Source: Pseudogymnoascus verrucosus
Taxonomy: Eukaryota
Reading direction: 5' to 3' (one strand)
DNA: 64,000 bases
Assembly: GCA_001662655.1 (NCBI GenBank)
Contig: KV460211.1
A program made the translations under genes and the position numbers. Numbering within the stretch: position 1 is the first letter of the stretch; every line of letters begins with the position of its first letter. Below, in pieces: positions 14,426-26,508 of this stretch. Under the pieces are notes generated by a model. The model worked only from the letters and a program-made list of their open reading frames with translations, did no database searches and was not told the DNA's origin.

Positions 14426-16817
14426 GTAATAAAGTGTAATATTAGTAAAACCGTAAATTAAGTAAATTGAGAGATAACGGGCGGGGGTAAATGCTGATGG
14501 GGGCTGATGGGGGCGGGACAGAGTGCGTGGTGTAGTACGTGGTAGGGTAGTAGTACGTGCGGTAAGGGCACTTAGTGCAGTTGCAGTTAGTGTAGTCCCA
14601 ACCCGCCGCTGTGATGGCGGAAGTTGCCGTAACTCTACTAGACCACTACTACCCACTACTAACTCCTACTAGAAGTATGCACCTACACCCTTCTGTGCCG
14701 TTACGTACACTAGGGATCTGGTTGGAGCCGTTACAGACCATTCAGACCGTTACCAGCCTACCATTTAATACCATCTAATACCATTTAACAAGTTTTCCCC
14801 ATGTCCAAGCCCCATGCTAATGTCCATCATCATCCCGTCTTCCCTTACTCTTGAGGTTATTTTGATGGGGATCGTCAACACATGCTGAGGTCTAGAGCAA
14901 CATTGGCGTCGAGCAGGAGTATACACAAATCACCGCCGGCCTCATTTCATACAATATACCCCCCCGTAAAGTCGTTGAAACAACTGTGCCTCGGTTTCTC
15001 TTGCTCCTTCCTCTTTCGCCTTTCTGACATGACTGACACACCGCGTAGACTTACCAACTGACCAGTCCCTGGGACGGCAATATCCATTCGTTCGGTGAAT
15101 ACGATCGTATAGCAACCAGTGCGCAAGGCGCCAGCGTCATCAGAGCACACTCGTCCCCATCCCCATCCCACGTTCTTTTCCACACGTTGACCCCTGCTGG
15201 GGCCGGTGGAGGTTAATATACAGCCTGGAAGGGAGAAAAGCTTGGAAGGTGCAGGGGAGGGAGGGCTATTCAGTCCTTACAAATCACTGGGTGTGCTATA
15301 TCCGTGCAGATGCATATCAGTGTGGAGCTGGGGCGTTTCAATGTTGAGTTCAGCGTTGTTGAATCCAGCGTTCCGCGTTGACCTGATAGGACCCCAGGAG
15401 GAGCATATCATATCCTACCATTCCATCCATTATCATCCCACGATGTGTACACCTGTACAGTCAGAGACATCCTCGCCCGTCGTGGCTTCCACGCACATTA
15501 CATGACTTGATATTCGCTTCATATGCCTTTAGCAGGAGCGATCGTCAAGAGGCTGTCCTAATTCGCGCCTTCCTGTTCTCCACACCGGAGGAGGCTGCTC
15601 CAGCGTGCATCCACATGGGTGGATTCCACTGTTAGGGAATCCACTAGATGACAATTTCCAGAACTCTTTAAGCACAGACAATGCTACTAAAAGTTACGCT
15701 CCAGGGCATGCAGAACAGCATTGTACTGCGCTGGTACAGTACAATTCTGTACGTAAAGAGCTTCTGGAAATTGTTCTGGTGGCACTTCCCTCCACTTTCC
15801 CCCACTATAACGGGATGCTCATAACCCATCCCAGCCCATCCCAGCCGTCTCAACCGCCTTCAGCGCCACCCCAACCATCCCATCCAAAGCAAATCCCGAC
15901 GACGGCGAATCACCCAGGGCGCCCGGAAGGCTATCTCCTTTCGTCGCTGACATGCCACGGGAGCCAGGCAAGACCAGGCAGGTCCCAAGGAAGAACCAAG
16001 GCAGCGAGGATCGCCGTGGTGTCTGAGCTTGTTTACTAATTGCTGACAGATTGAGAAGATTAGTATTCAAAGCAAGCAAATCACCAGCAATTAGAACGGC
16101 GAAAACAACGAGAGATACCTGGTAATTCGACGGAAGTAACGAGCTACTCACGGATGAGTTCGCGGATATACCGTAGCTCCGTCCTATTACTGTTAATGCA
16201 CATGTACGCACATACTAACGCATGTACCCCATCTGCAGTGCCTGCACTGCCTCAGCTTCACCGCACTTCCGCGCCTCCGATCGTCATTTAGAGAGCTTCT
16301 AGTATAGTTTCTAGTACAGTTTCTAGTGCTGGGTAATACTGGGTAATGCTGGTTAACTCCTTGTTTCCGCGCTTACGCTGCTCCAGAAAAAACCGCCCCC
16401 CCACACTTCCAAATTGAGAGTCGAGAAGCACGTGATTGATCCCGTTACCTGTCAAGCCACAACCAAACCCAACCCAACAACACTAGCCACAATCACATAT
16501 CATCAGCCACACTTCTAACATTCTAGAAGTACCTTTGTACCCTGAGAGTTTCAGTTCAGCCACATGGGACCTGAGTGACTGAGGCTCGGGAGCTTTGACC
16601 ATGTTTGTATGACGACCTCAGACTCGAAGGAGGCTGACCAGAATGCCGAACTATACGCGTATTCATATACGGATTTGAACAAAAAGAGCACACTGGGTGC
16701 GTCTATACAAGCGCCCTACCAGTCTGTAAACAATATTCCCACCTAGAATCATGCGGGCAGAGAGTACATAAACCGACAACACCGCTTGTTCAAACCACCA
16801 CCGCCAACCCATCCGCC

Positions 16818-19800
16818 ATGTCCGAAGTCGTGGCGGCTCTGCAGCCGCCTGCCCTCGAGAAGACCGGAATCCCGCTGACACTCCTCCCCGTCGGCCTCAA
16901 GGAAGCTGCGCTCGACTCGCCCACCTTCCGCGCCACAGCCGTTCACTTCTCCGACCAAGTCGAGCTGGTGGAGCGCTGGCTCGATGCGTATGTGAAGTCG
17001 ACGACCAGGTTGATCCACGATGTTGGCGCCCTTGAGGAAACTATCAATACCTTCCTCAGCCGCTCGATGCCACCTATCAATGTCTCCGAAGCCGTTTTCG
17101 ATCATGACTATACACTCCTCGCTATGCAGCGCTTCGGCGAGGGATCGCGAGACTGGTGGTCACAGTTCGTGGGCGGGGCGAAGCGGATGGAGACTATGAT
17201 GGTGGATCCCCTCAAGGCCTTCATGAGCGGCGAGCTGCGGAATTTCAAGGATGCACGGAGATACCTGGAGCAGTCACAGCGGGTGTTTGATACGACACTC
17301 GCGCGATACATGGGACAGTCGAAAACAAAGGAACCGTCGTCGCTGCGGGAGGACGCATTCCAAGTCCACGAGACGCGCAAGGCATACCTGAAAGCCTCGC
17401 TAGACTTCTGCCTCCTCGCGCCACAGGTGCGATTCACCCTCGACAAGCTCCTCGTCAAAGTATCAACAGAGCAATGGAAGGATATGAAGAAGTCACGCGA
17501 GCTAGCCGGCGTGAACGCCACACGCTGGAACGCTGAGATGGAGCGTATAAAAGGGTGGAGTCGCGAAATGGATTCTGGCGAGCACGTGTTCCGCCGTGAG
17601 CTGCAGGCGGCTCGGAAGGAGATCGCGCAGACGGCTAGTGTGGCAGCGCAGCCGTCGCGGGAGCTGGAGGACTATAATCTGTCTACTGTGCCGTATATTG
17701 GGGCCAAGGGACCGTCGCTGCTGAATCTGCAGGCGAGCTCGATGTCGGAGAAGCAGGGGTGGTTGTGTCTGCGCGTGATTTCGGGGAAGCCGGCGAGGAC
17801 GACGTGGGTGAGGAGGTGGTTTTATGTGAAGAATGGGATTTTTGGGTGGTTGGTGCAGGGGTCGCAGAGTGGTGGGGTGGAGGAGAGTGAGAAGATTGGG
17901 GTGCTGCTTTGTAATGTGAAGCCTGCCGTTAGTGGTAAGTTGGAGTTTATTTACTTGACGTTGTATCGATGCTGACTAGTGTTTAGAGGATAGAAGGTTC
18001 TGCTTCGAGGTCAAGACCAAAAACGCAACGATCCTGCTACAGGCCGAAACCCAAGGCGAGCTGATGGAGTGGCTCGAGGGCTTCGAGATCGCCAAGAACA
18101 ACGCCATCAAAGCAAGCGCTGATGTATACTACTCATCCACCGGCCTCGACCCAGCATTCTCCATCACACCTCCGTCAGTTCCCGAATTCGCCGCCAAGAC
18201 AGAAGGCCAAATGTCCACCACCGAAGAGTTCACCGCAGCCCCCCTAGACCGTGGAAACACTCTCCCCATCCCCAGCTTTGAGCTCAGCAACGCCCCCCGC
18301 CCTAGCGTCGACGCCTCGACTGCGCGCCGCGGGGGCCGTGAGGAAGGCGAGAGCGGCCGCGATCACGCTGCGCGAATTATTCAGAAACTCGACTTGCACC
18401 GTCGCGCGACGGCTAATGGACAGGATGCCGTGGCACCTCCGACGCCGAATCCATCGTTTGGCGCGATTGGTGGCATTGGGAGTCTCATCTCGGCTAGCCA
18501 TAATATCTTGCCTGTGTATGCGCCGCCTGTGCTCACGCAGTCGGGGACGCTGAAGTCACTGCCCGCACCGAGCGAGTTCCACACAAACACTCTCGCGCCG
18601 TCCACGCTGGCGAATCCACCGGCGCCGACGAATCTGAGTAAGACGGCCGTGGTGGTTAGTGGAGAGCGAGGCATTGGGCTGGGCAAGAGCGACGCGAGTG
18701 GGAGCATGCCGAATGGTATCCTTGCCAATCTCTGGGGAAGCAGTAATTGGGGCTACAACAACCGACTCGGAGCTGATCTTTCGGAACCGCGGAACGTGAC
18801 GAGGACGCCGTCGCCGAAGCCGCCGGGCGAGGAGGAGGGCAAGACGGTTGAGAAGATGCTTGTTGCACCGGGGACGGGGACAGCGGTGAGCACCAATATC
18901 GAGACGGGGGTGAAGGCGCAGCCGCCGTCGCCGCAGCATCGGAAGGCGTTCAGTGTTGATACGATTTCGTCGGCCTCGCAGATTTCGAAGTCTGCGCAGG
19001 CGGGGGGTCCTCAGGCTTTGGTTGTGAGGGGGGAGGAGTATCCGAGCAACTATCCGATTGAATTGAAGGCGCAAGAAGCGCAGTTTAGGACGCTGTTTGC
19101 GGATGTGCCGAGGGAGGATAAGGTGGTTCTTGTCTTTCGTGCGACTTGGAATCCGAATGATCAGCAGGAGTTCCCGGGACGTGTTTATGTTACCCAGAAG
19201 GACATGTATTTCTACAGTCACCACCTCGGCCTCGTCCTGATCACCAGCGCCTCACTAGACACCATCGACGAAGTAACAGCCGCCCCAGGCAAAGACTGCG
19301 ATTTCCTATTCCTCCACCTCAAAGAAAGCGCCATAACATCCGACTTCACACGCATCACCATCAAGACTTTCCTCGAGCCCCTCCGCCTCCTCCAATCGCG
19401 CCTAAACTACCTCATCGAGTCCCACCAACAACAATCTCCCAAATCCCTCGAGGAAATCATGACCGACCTCGTCAAGCTCGAGACAGACGCCCAACCCCCC
19501 AGCTCCAGCAACTCAAGCTGGGAAGACCTCTCCCTCCCGACGCTCAACGAACGCCGCGCCAACCGCCGTGATCGCGATCTTAAACGCGCTATTCACGTCT
19601 CGCGCGGCGCTACGCTTGAGGCTCCAAGGCCGCCGAAGTTTCAGCTTCCTGCTCATCCTGTTATCTATGAGCCGCCGGATATGCCGCATAAGTCGGTTGA
19701 GCGCATCTTCGAGACGAGTCCGAAATCCCTCTTTCACGTACTGTTCGGCGATAAGTCTGCGGTATTCCAACTCCTCTACCATGAGAGACGCGCACAGCGT

Positions 19801-21155
19801 ATCGCCCAGGGACCGTGGACGCCGCTCGAGCGCCAGGGCGACGCGCAAGGGCACATGCAGCGGGATTTCTCGTTTCAGATCGATTATACGGATCTTTTCC
19901 GGCGGCAGCGACAGGCTAATGTTGTTGATTCCCAGGTCATCGATGTGTTGAACGATCACGTCTGCTATGTCGTCTCGGACTACAAGACACCCTGGCACTT
20001 ACCGCATCACGCGGATTTCAAGCTTGTGAAAAAGATTGTTATTACTCATGTCGCGAAGTCAAGGTGTAAACTAGCTATTTTCACTGCAGTGCAGTGGTCG
20101 CATGCACCGGCTTTCTCGAAGGGGTTGGTGGAGCGACAGGCTACGGATGATTTGGATCTTGATGCACTTGACCTCGCGGATCTCGTGGCGGATCAGGTTC
20201 GGAAACTGGGACCTTCGGCACGAACGAGGAAGGCTGTGCAGATCTTTGGACATGTCGGACAGCAGACGTCTGTATCCCTCTTCTCCTCAGCTGATGGCGC
20301 GTTGCCTGCCAGACACGCTATAAAGCAACGAACTCTCGGAACGATAGTATGGGAGCGCACGTCTTCTTTCCTCGAGACGGCAGTGAGTGTGATAATGATG
20401 TGGACCTTTGCGCTACTCAAGAAGGCATGGAGTATCGCGAGCGCGAACTCGATATTATTGTCTCTCTTGGCACTGAGTGTGTTGGCGAATGTCTTCATGT
20501 CAGGCAAGGACGCTAGTGAGTGGTGGACGGAGAGGGGTGCGGCGAAGTATATGGCAAGGTTGGGGGTTGGACCTAACACGATGATGAGTAAGGCGGTGTT
20601 TATTGCGGATCTGGATGATGCGGTTCGGGTTGGTGGGGAGAGGCGGGAGGAGAGTCCTTGGTATGTTCTCATTTTTATTCTTCTATCCTTAAAGTCACCC
20701 CTAGTTTGTACGCACAGCTAACACACCCAAGCTACTTAACATTCCTATCCTTAACAAACACAACCGATCTCGACGCCCCCTTCTCCGCCTCTCACTCCCC
20801 CTCCCACTCCTCCTCCTCCTACCCCCCCCACTCCTTGCTAATCACGCGCTCCAAATCCTCCACTGCCTCTGCGCGTCGCCTATTAACAGCCCGTCAGTCA
20901 TTGGCCACGCAGAGATTTGATCTACTGGTTGCGCTGAGGGTGGTGAATAGAGTCGAGCGCGCGGTGGTGCAGGCGGAATGGGAGGAGTGGGTTAGGGGGG
21001 AAGGGGGGAGGTGTGAGGCGCTTAGACGGAGGGTGGGTGGGGGGAAGGATGCGGAGGTGGGGAAAGAGGCGCTGGAGTGGATGTTTGGGGGGGAGGGCGG
21101 GGGGTATTGTGGGAGTTGTTGGAGGGAGGAGGAGGGGTTGGGGGGGTATGTGTAG
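16818..21155 (+). CDS. SIP3: Sip3/Lam1-family membrane contact site lipid-transfer protein (BAR-PH-GRAM-VASt-TM); exons 16818-17934, 17987-20660, 20732-21155
   Basis: LKEAALDSPTFRA BAR start, EKQGWL…WVRRWFYVKNGIFGWL PH domain, FPGRVYVT GRAM-like, KSLFHVLFGD…KTPWHLP VASt, C-terminal hydrophobic helix and DLLVALRVVN motif. Confidence 0.9.
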
Positions 21156-21334
21156 ATGTTTCTTGGGTGGGATGTGAATAGCGTGGCGTTGTTTGAGCGG
21201 CTTGGATATCATGGGGAGGTGTATTTTAGTGTAGGATGGATGCATGTATGGGGTTATCTAGGTGCAGTATAGGTATTGCGGAAATGAGTCTTACCACTTA
21301 TCACTATATATTTATCTACACTTGTAGAACAGTC

Positions 21335-21395
21335 ACAGATGACCATAGACTCAAGAGAATTGGGCATCCCGTCCGCTCTGCCATACACAAGCTTG
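21335..21395 (+). pseudogene. 5S rRNA gene 5' half (nt 1-61), truncated
   Basis: acagatgaccatagactcaagagaattgggcatcccgtccgctctgccatacacaagcttg matches the recalled ascomycete 5S 5' region. TATATA about 30 nt upstream (21305). Similarity ends at CGTAACA. Confidence 0.85.
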
Positions 21396-21518
21396 CGTAA
21401 CATCAGATTAATGGTCTCAATCGTGCCAATAGGCATAGCGCGGAATCACGGCCCCTTGCCGCCTGAAGGGTGAGGCGAGGGGTGAGCAGGGTGAGTAGGG
21501 TGAGTAGGGTGAGTGAGG
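21396..21518 (+). mobile_element. Putative element terminus abutting the truncated 5S gene, ending in (AGGGTGAGT)-type tandem repeats
   Basis: 21429-21474 matches 57810-57855 at 39/46 nt by manual alignment. Followed by agggtgag units x~5. Confidence 0.55.
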
Positions 21519-21753
21519 CGAAGCAACATTTTCGTGTCAGTTTGGCGTCAATTTGTGTTGTAATAGTTACATGATCTCATGTGATCTCCGTACAGAATAT
21601 TAGTAAATTCTAGGAGTAGATTACATAGTTAGTAATACATTAATTTCTTACTTAATAGGACTGACTCTACGGGCGTTTCAGCAGGATAATCCCTATAAAA
21701 TGATGAAAAGTATTAACTTACAAGAACTACTCAATTTCAGAAGCCCTCTACTT

Positions 21754-23390
21754 TCACGCGACAGCCTTAATCTTACTCTCATCAATATGCCACATCCCCA
21801 TCAACAACTTTTTCGCCAACCCCACCTCCACCGTCGCAATCCTCTCCTGCACCTCCTCCCGACTCGTTGCCAACTTCTCCGCAACCGCCTCCCATCCCAA
21901 TCTCTCCCCTCCCTCAAGCTCTACAGCTACCAGCTTCCCATCTTTCTTCCTCACCACCCCATCCACAATCACCGTCTCCACATCTCTCACACTACTATGC
22001 CCTAACACCGCCACCACAGGATCCCACTCCGCAACCCCCGACATCGCAGGCGACCTCCCATCCACCACCACCAAATCCGCCAAATACCCTACTCTCACCC
22101 TCCCAATCTTCCCCTCCATCCCCAGTGCTCTCGCCCCTCCCACAGTAGCAAGATTAAACGCATCCCTCGCCCTTGCCACCAATCGCTGTGGAAACTCTCC
22201 CCTCTCTAACAGCTTGAGGTTCCCCTCCTGCCGCGCCAAGAGCAACAACGTCCGCGCTTCAGATAGGATGCTCGACTCGCAGAAGGCGTGGCTATCGACA
22301 CCGAGTGAGCCATGTACCCCGCTGTGTAGGGCAACGGGCCAGCCTAACCCCATTTGCGCTTCGGAGGTGGGTGTGCTGGAGACGTTGGCACCTGCGGAGT
22401 AGAGGAGGGCGTGTTCATCTGGTGTGAGACCTGTGGCGTGGGATAGGACGATGTCTGGGCCTAGGAGGCCGTATTCGTGGAGCAGCGTGACTATTGAGCC
22501 GGTGCCTGAGGTTGTGTTAGTCGCTGTTGAAGCTGCGCGGGGGAGATAGAGGTAAGTGATAAGTACGGACCACAAACAGCGTTCTTCGAAACGTGACATG
22601 TAATAACTTTAACCCCCGCCTTGCGGAATCGGTTGAATATCCCTATTATTATCTCGCGAGGGAGGAAAAAGAAGTCGAAGCCCAGTCCGATGGTGACGCG
22701 GCCATTGCCGAAAGGCTGGGAGGTCGCTAGGGCTTCGAGTTGGTCGAGAGACCATGCGGGAAGGATGTCGGATGAAAGCATGATGGAGTCTTTGGTCCAG
22801 GAGGTGAGGGGGATGCTGACGGCTGAGTAGGCGTAGATCAAGCGAAGGCCAGAGGCGGAACTTGCGGCCAGGCATTGGGTTGCTGGGGTATGTTAGGGGT
22901 CGCAGGCTGGACGAGTGAGAGGCAGAAACGACATACCGTGTTCTGCTGTATATATACTGTGCGAATGGTCGAGAACGAACGTGGTCCCCGCGTCAATGGC
23001 CTCGAGGCATCCTCCTAGCTGGCCCCAGAACATATCCTCCGGCGTGTAGTTAAAACTCTGCGGATTCCCTGCACATACTAATTAGCACTCCTCTCATTAT
23101 CTAGGAAACATCACCTTACCTGATGCCATATACTCCAGCAGCGTCTCATCCATATGACGCCCTTTTAACTGGGTCTGCCACATATGGTGATGCGTGTCGA
23201 TGAATCCGGGGGAGATGATTTTGCCGTGGCAATCGATCACTGTCGTGCCAGGAGGCACGTTGATATTCTTGCCGATCTCCGTTATCAGATTTCCTGTGAC
23301 GAGGACGTCGGTATCCTTTAAGGCAGTCACGTTGTCGGCATCGTCGTGGTAGAGGACTGTGCCGCCTTTGAGGATGATAGTTGACGTCAT
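21754..23390 (-). CDS. Metal-dependent amidohydrolase (AtzA/MTA-SAH deaminase-like); exons 23390-23120, 23068-22937, 22882-22571, 22505-21754
   Basis: PGFIDTHHHMWQT HxH motif, AGTTFVLDHSH, ITCHV, LSHA, SLGVDSH, ATVGGARALG…GYLADLVV. Three canonical introns. Confidence 0.9.
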
Positions 23391-24293
23391 CTTGCGATTT
23401 ATCCCAACAATTTATGAGAGTGCGTGGTGCAGAGTCAAAAGCTTAATGAACTTCTCAAAATATTTTACAGCTAGAACATGATGTTTAGAGTCACTTCTTT
23501 ATATGCTATAGATATGCTAACTTATAGATATTTGCTTATCATAGTTAACAAGTGATGATTTCGCCGACTGGGTGGGGTATTCTCCCATTCTTCCACACTT
23601 TCTTCAACGATCGAATGCCAAACTTCGCCGGCAGTTGGGAGCTACAGTAGAATACCATGACTCACTTCTAGTTATCAGTTAAGTTAGCAGAATTCAAGTA
23701 GTCTTTAATCAGCATGCTCCGTCGTAAGCCCGAAAGGCCGAGTATTGGGTAAGCAGGGCGGGTTTACTGCTGCTAGAGTCCCGAATTCCGATATCGCAAC
23801 ACCGAGTATTTTTTATTTCCGTATTGCCAAGTACGTTTCTGATAGCAAACGTTTGACATTCGCGTCTGATAGAGCCGGAACGCCGGATAGTAGTCCTGTA
23901 GACGGTAACGTTGTAAATGCAAAATCATGATGCAAAATCAATAATAGTCGTAGGGGATCTGATATTTGGATTCTAATCGTCGAATCCGCCTGTTACGCGA
24001 AGCCAACAACGCCTAAATATAACTTAAAAATACTGCCCATGCGTTTACCCAAGCACTTATTTTTTGAACTACTCGCATCATGCCAGGATTCATAAGGAAG
24101 CAAGAATAATTCTTTACCACATTTGTATGCTATTCAAAGCAAGCCTACGGCCCAGCAGATATATCGCACCCCACTTATCGCAAAACCTCAAGAGCAATCT
24201 ACCACGCCTATAAAATCACTTTAACTGTTCGAGTGGAAGGTATTTAGGATCTCTGAATCAACACAACGACCAGATTCATCCCAAGTCGTGAAA

Positions 24294-25723
24294 ATGGCTA
24301 TCGATTCCCAGCAAGCCAACGGCTCCTCAGAGTGGTCCGACAGTGCCTTCACCCCAACGATGCGCCTTAGCTCCGCTGGGCAGCCCGAAGTCAAGAAGGC
24401 CGTTGGCTTAGACGGACCCGTTACATTTGCTCCTACGCCGGCGCCGTCCCATAACAGTGGCCAACCGAACGGCGGATTGTGGGCATGGCTGCAAGTCGCC
24501 GCCGGGTTCTGCATCTTCTTCAATACATGGGGGGTGCTCAACACCTTCGGCATCTTCCAGACGTACTACGAGACGGGCGTGCTATTCAACGAGTCGTCGT
24601 CTAACATCTCATGGATCGGCTCCATTCAGGCGTACTGCGTCATGGTTGTCGGCCTGATATCGGGGCCGGTCTATGATAGGGGCTATCTCCGCGCGCTGCT
24701 GCTATCGGGGTCGTTTATGATCGTGTTTGGATTTATGATGTTGAGCATTTGCAGGAATTTCTGGGAGGTGTTGCTTGCGCAGGGTTTCTGCATTGGCATT
24801 GGGGCGGGACTGATCTTCGTGCCATCGTTGGCGATCCTGCCAACGTACTTTAGCACGAAGATCGGGTTGGCCATGGGCTTGGCGGCGTCGGGATCTTCGT
24901 TAGGAGGAGTCATCTACCCTATTGTATTCTACAAGTTGATTGACCAAATCGGCTTTGGCTGGTCCGTTAGGGTCATTGGCTTCATAACCCTGGGTACACT
25001 ACTTCTCCCAATCTGCTTCATGAGGATGCGAGTCAAACCGGCTAAGCCGAGGGCTATCCTTGACTGGTCAGCCTTTACAGACTGGCCGTTAGTGTTCTTC
25101 ACGCTGAGTACTATGATCGGATTCATCGGACTCTATACGATGTTGTTCTATATCTCATACTTCGCCGCTGCAGCCAATATCACTACTGCCGAAATGTCTT
25201 TCTACGTGGTCCCGATTCTGAACGCTGCATCGATATTTGGCCGAACAATTCCAAACGCCATTTCTGATAAGACTGGCCCATTGAACTGTAAGATGAACAT
25301 AGCCATTTTGTTGATCCTCGGTTAGTTACTAATATGTTAATAGTATTCGGTCCTGCCGGCATCGTCTGTGGTGTCTTAACTTTCTGCATACTCTCCGTAA
25401 AAAATCTGGGTGGTATCGTTCCCATCGCAATTCTCTATGGATTCTTTTCCGGCGTCTTCATTGCCCTCCCAGGAGTTTGCTTTGTGAAGTTGACAGCGGA
25501 TAAGTCTAAGATTGGCACGCGCATTGGAATGGGCTTTGCAGCGTTTAGTTTCGGCGTCCTAGCAGGCGGACCAGGGGGTGGTAGTGTCATTGGCAGCAAT
25601 GCTGTAGACCTTCACTGGCAACACTTATGGATCTACGGTGGTTGCACGATGATGGCTTCCGGTGTCTTGCTATTTGCTCAGAGGTTCTGGTTGTCTAAGG
25701 GTAAGGTATTTATCAAGATATAA
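24294..25723 (+). CDS. MFS transporter, monocarboxylate porter (MCH/Mch5-like); exons 24294-25287, 25344-25723
   Basis: PNGGLWAWLQV, NTWGVLNTFGIFQTYY, SNISWIGSIQ, GLAASGSSLGGVIYPI, ILNAASIFGR, IGTRIGMG. About 12 hydrophobic segments. Confidence 0.92.
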
Positions 25724-26205
25724 CTAGAGTCCTTGTTCTCGCTCTTATAAAGGCAGCTTATATAATAGGTGTTAAGGGGAACGCCTTGAGGTTGTCGCGA
25801 TAGCCAAGCAAGTCGAGAAAAGCTATGGCATAACTCGGTCCAACGCGTCAACGCCTGTATTTTTATAGGGACTTCTATTCTATTCCTGACCCACGAGCGC
25901 ACCACGAATAAAAGTCACCTAATCTTGGCCGCCATTGCCTAACATTGTCAGCTTGGTACGAAAGCAGTCCACTAACACTAAACTGGGTGATTGCAATGAG
26001 TGGAAATGGATGGACAACTAATGAGAGAGTTCTAGATTAGATTCAGCATTTCAAGAAATATACAAACGCTTGTACAAAGGGCATATATCGCCTCTTAATC
26101 CTCAGTGGCCATCAGAGCCACCACTCGACTGAGTTTAAGCTTTACTGTAAAGATAATAAGATCATTACACTTTGTATGCCTCCCCATTCATCGCACATCG
26201 TCCAA

Positions 26206-26223
26206 CCCACTGTTGTATGTTTT
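26206..26223 (+). pseudogene. Possible extreme 3' end of a 5S rRNA gene plus T-run terminator
   Basis: cccactgttgtatgt followed by T-run. TTGTATGT can pair with the 5S 5' end ACATACGA (helix I, one G-U). Only ~15 nt. Confidence 0.4.
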
Positions 26224-26508
26224 GGTCGTTTTATTTATTTGTAGATTTACTTTGTCCTTGGTGTCCACACCTTATTTAACCGGCAGGTTTATGGCTTCTT
26301 CATCTGTTGCGTATCACGTATAATATCATGTTCATTCAACACGGAGGAGCTGCATTGAGTGTATTCCTCTAGAAGGGTGTCCTAGTATTTACACCTACAA
26401 CAAGTTAGCGAAGCGGGCAGTCGGATCTGACGATTACTTGCAGAATGAAGACAGAAGGCAAAGGTTACGGGGGGTCTCGGAACGGATAATGTCACAGGGA
26501 CCAGTTGT

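Noticed and set aside
21335..21518. 5S-derived SINE (SINE3) reading of head + body + tandem tail
   Set aside because: The head stops at nt 61, before the intermediate element and C box needed for Pol III type-1 transcription. Upstream TATA boxes indicate native loci, no target-site duplications are visible, and the third copy has a different body. Disfavoured, not excluded.
21468..21518. CRISPR-like or telomeric array
   Set aside because: Units are 9 bp with no spacers and are not TTAGGG, in a eukaryotic context. The same applies to 36490-36526 and the single TTAGGG at ~5693.
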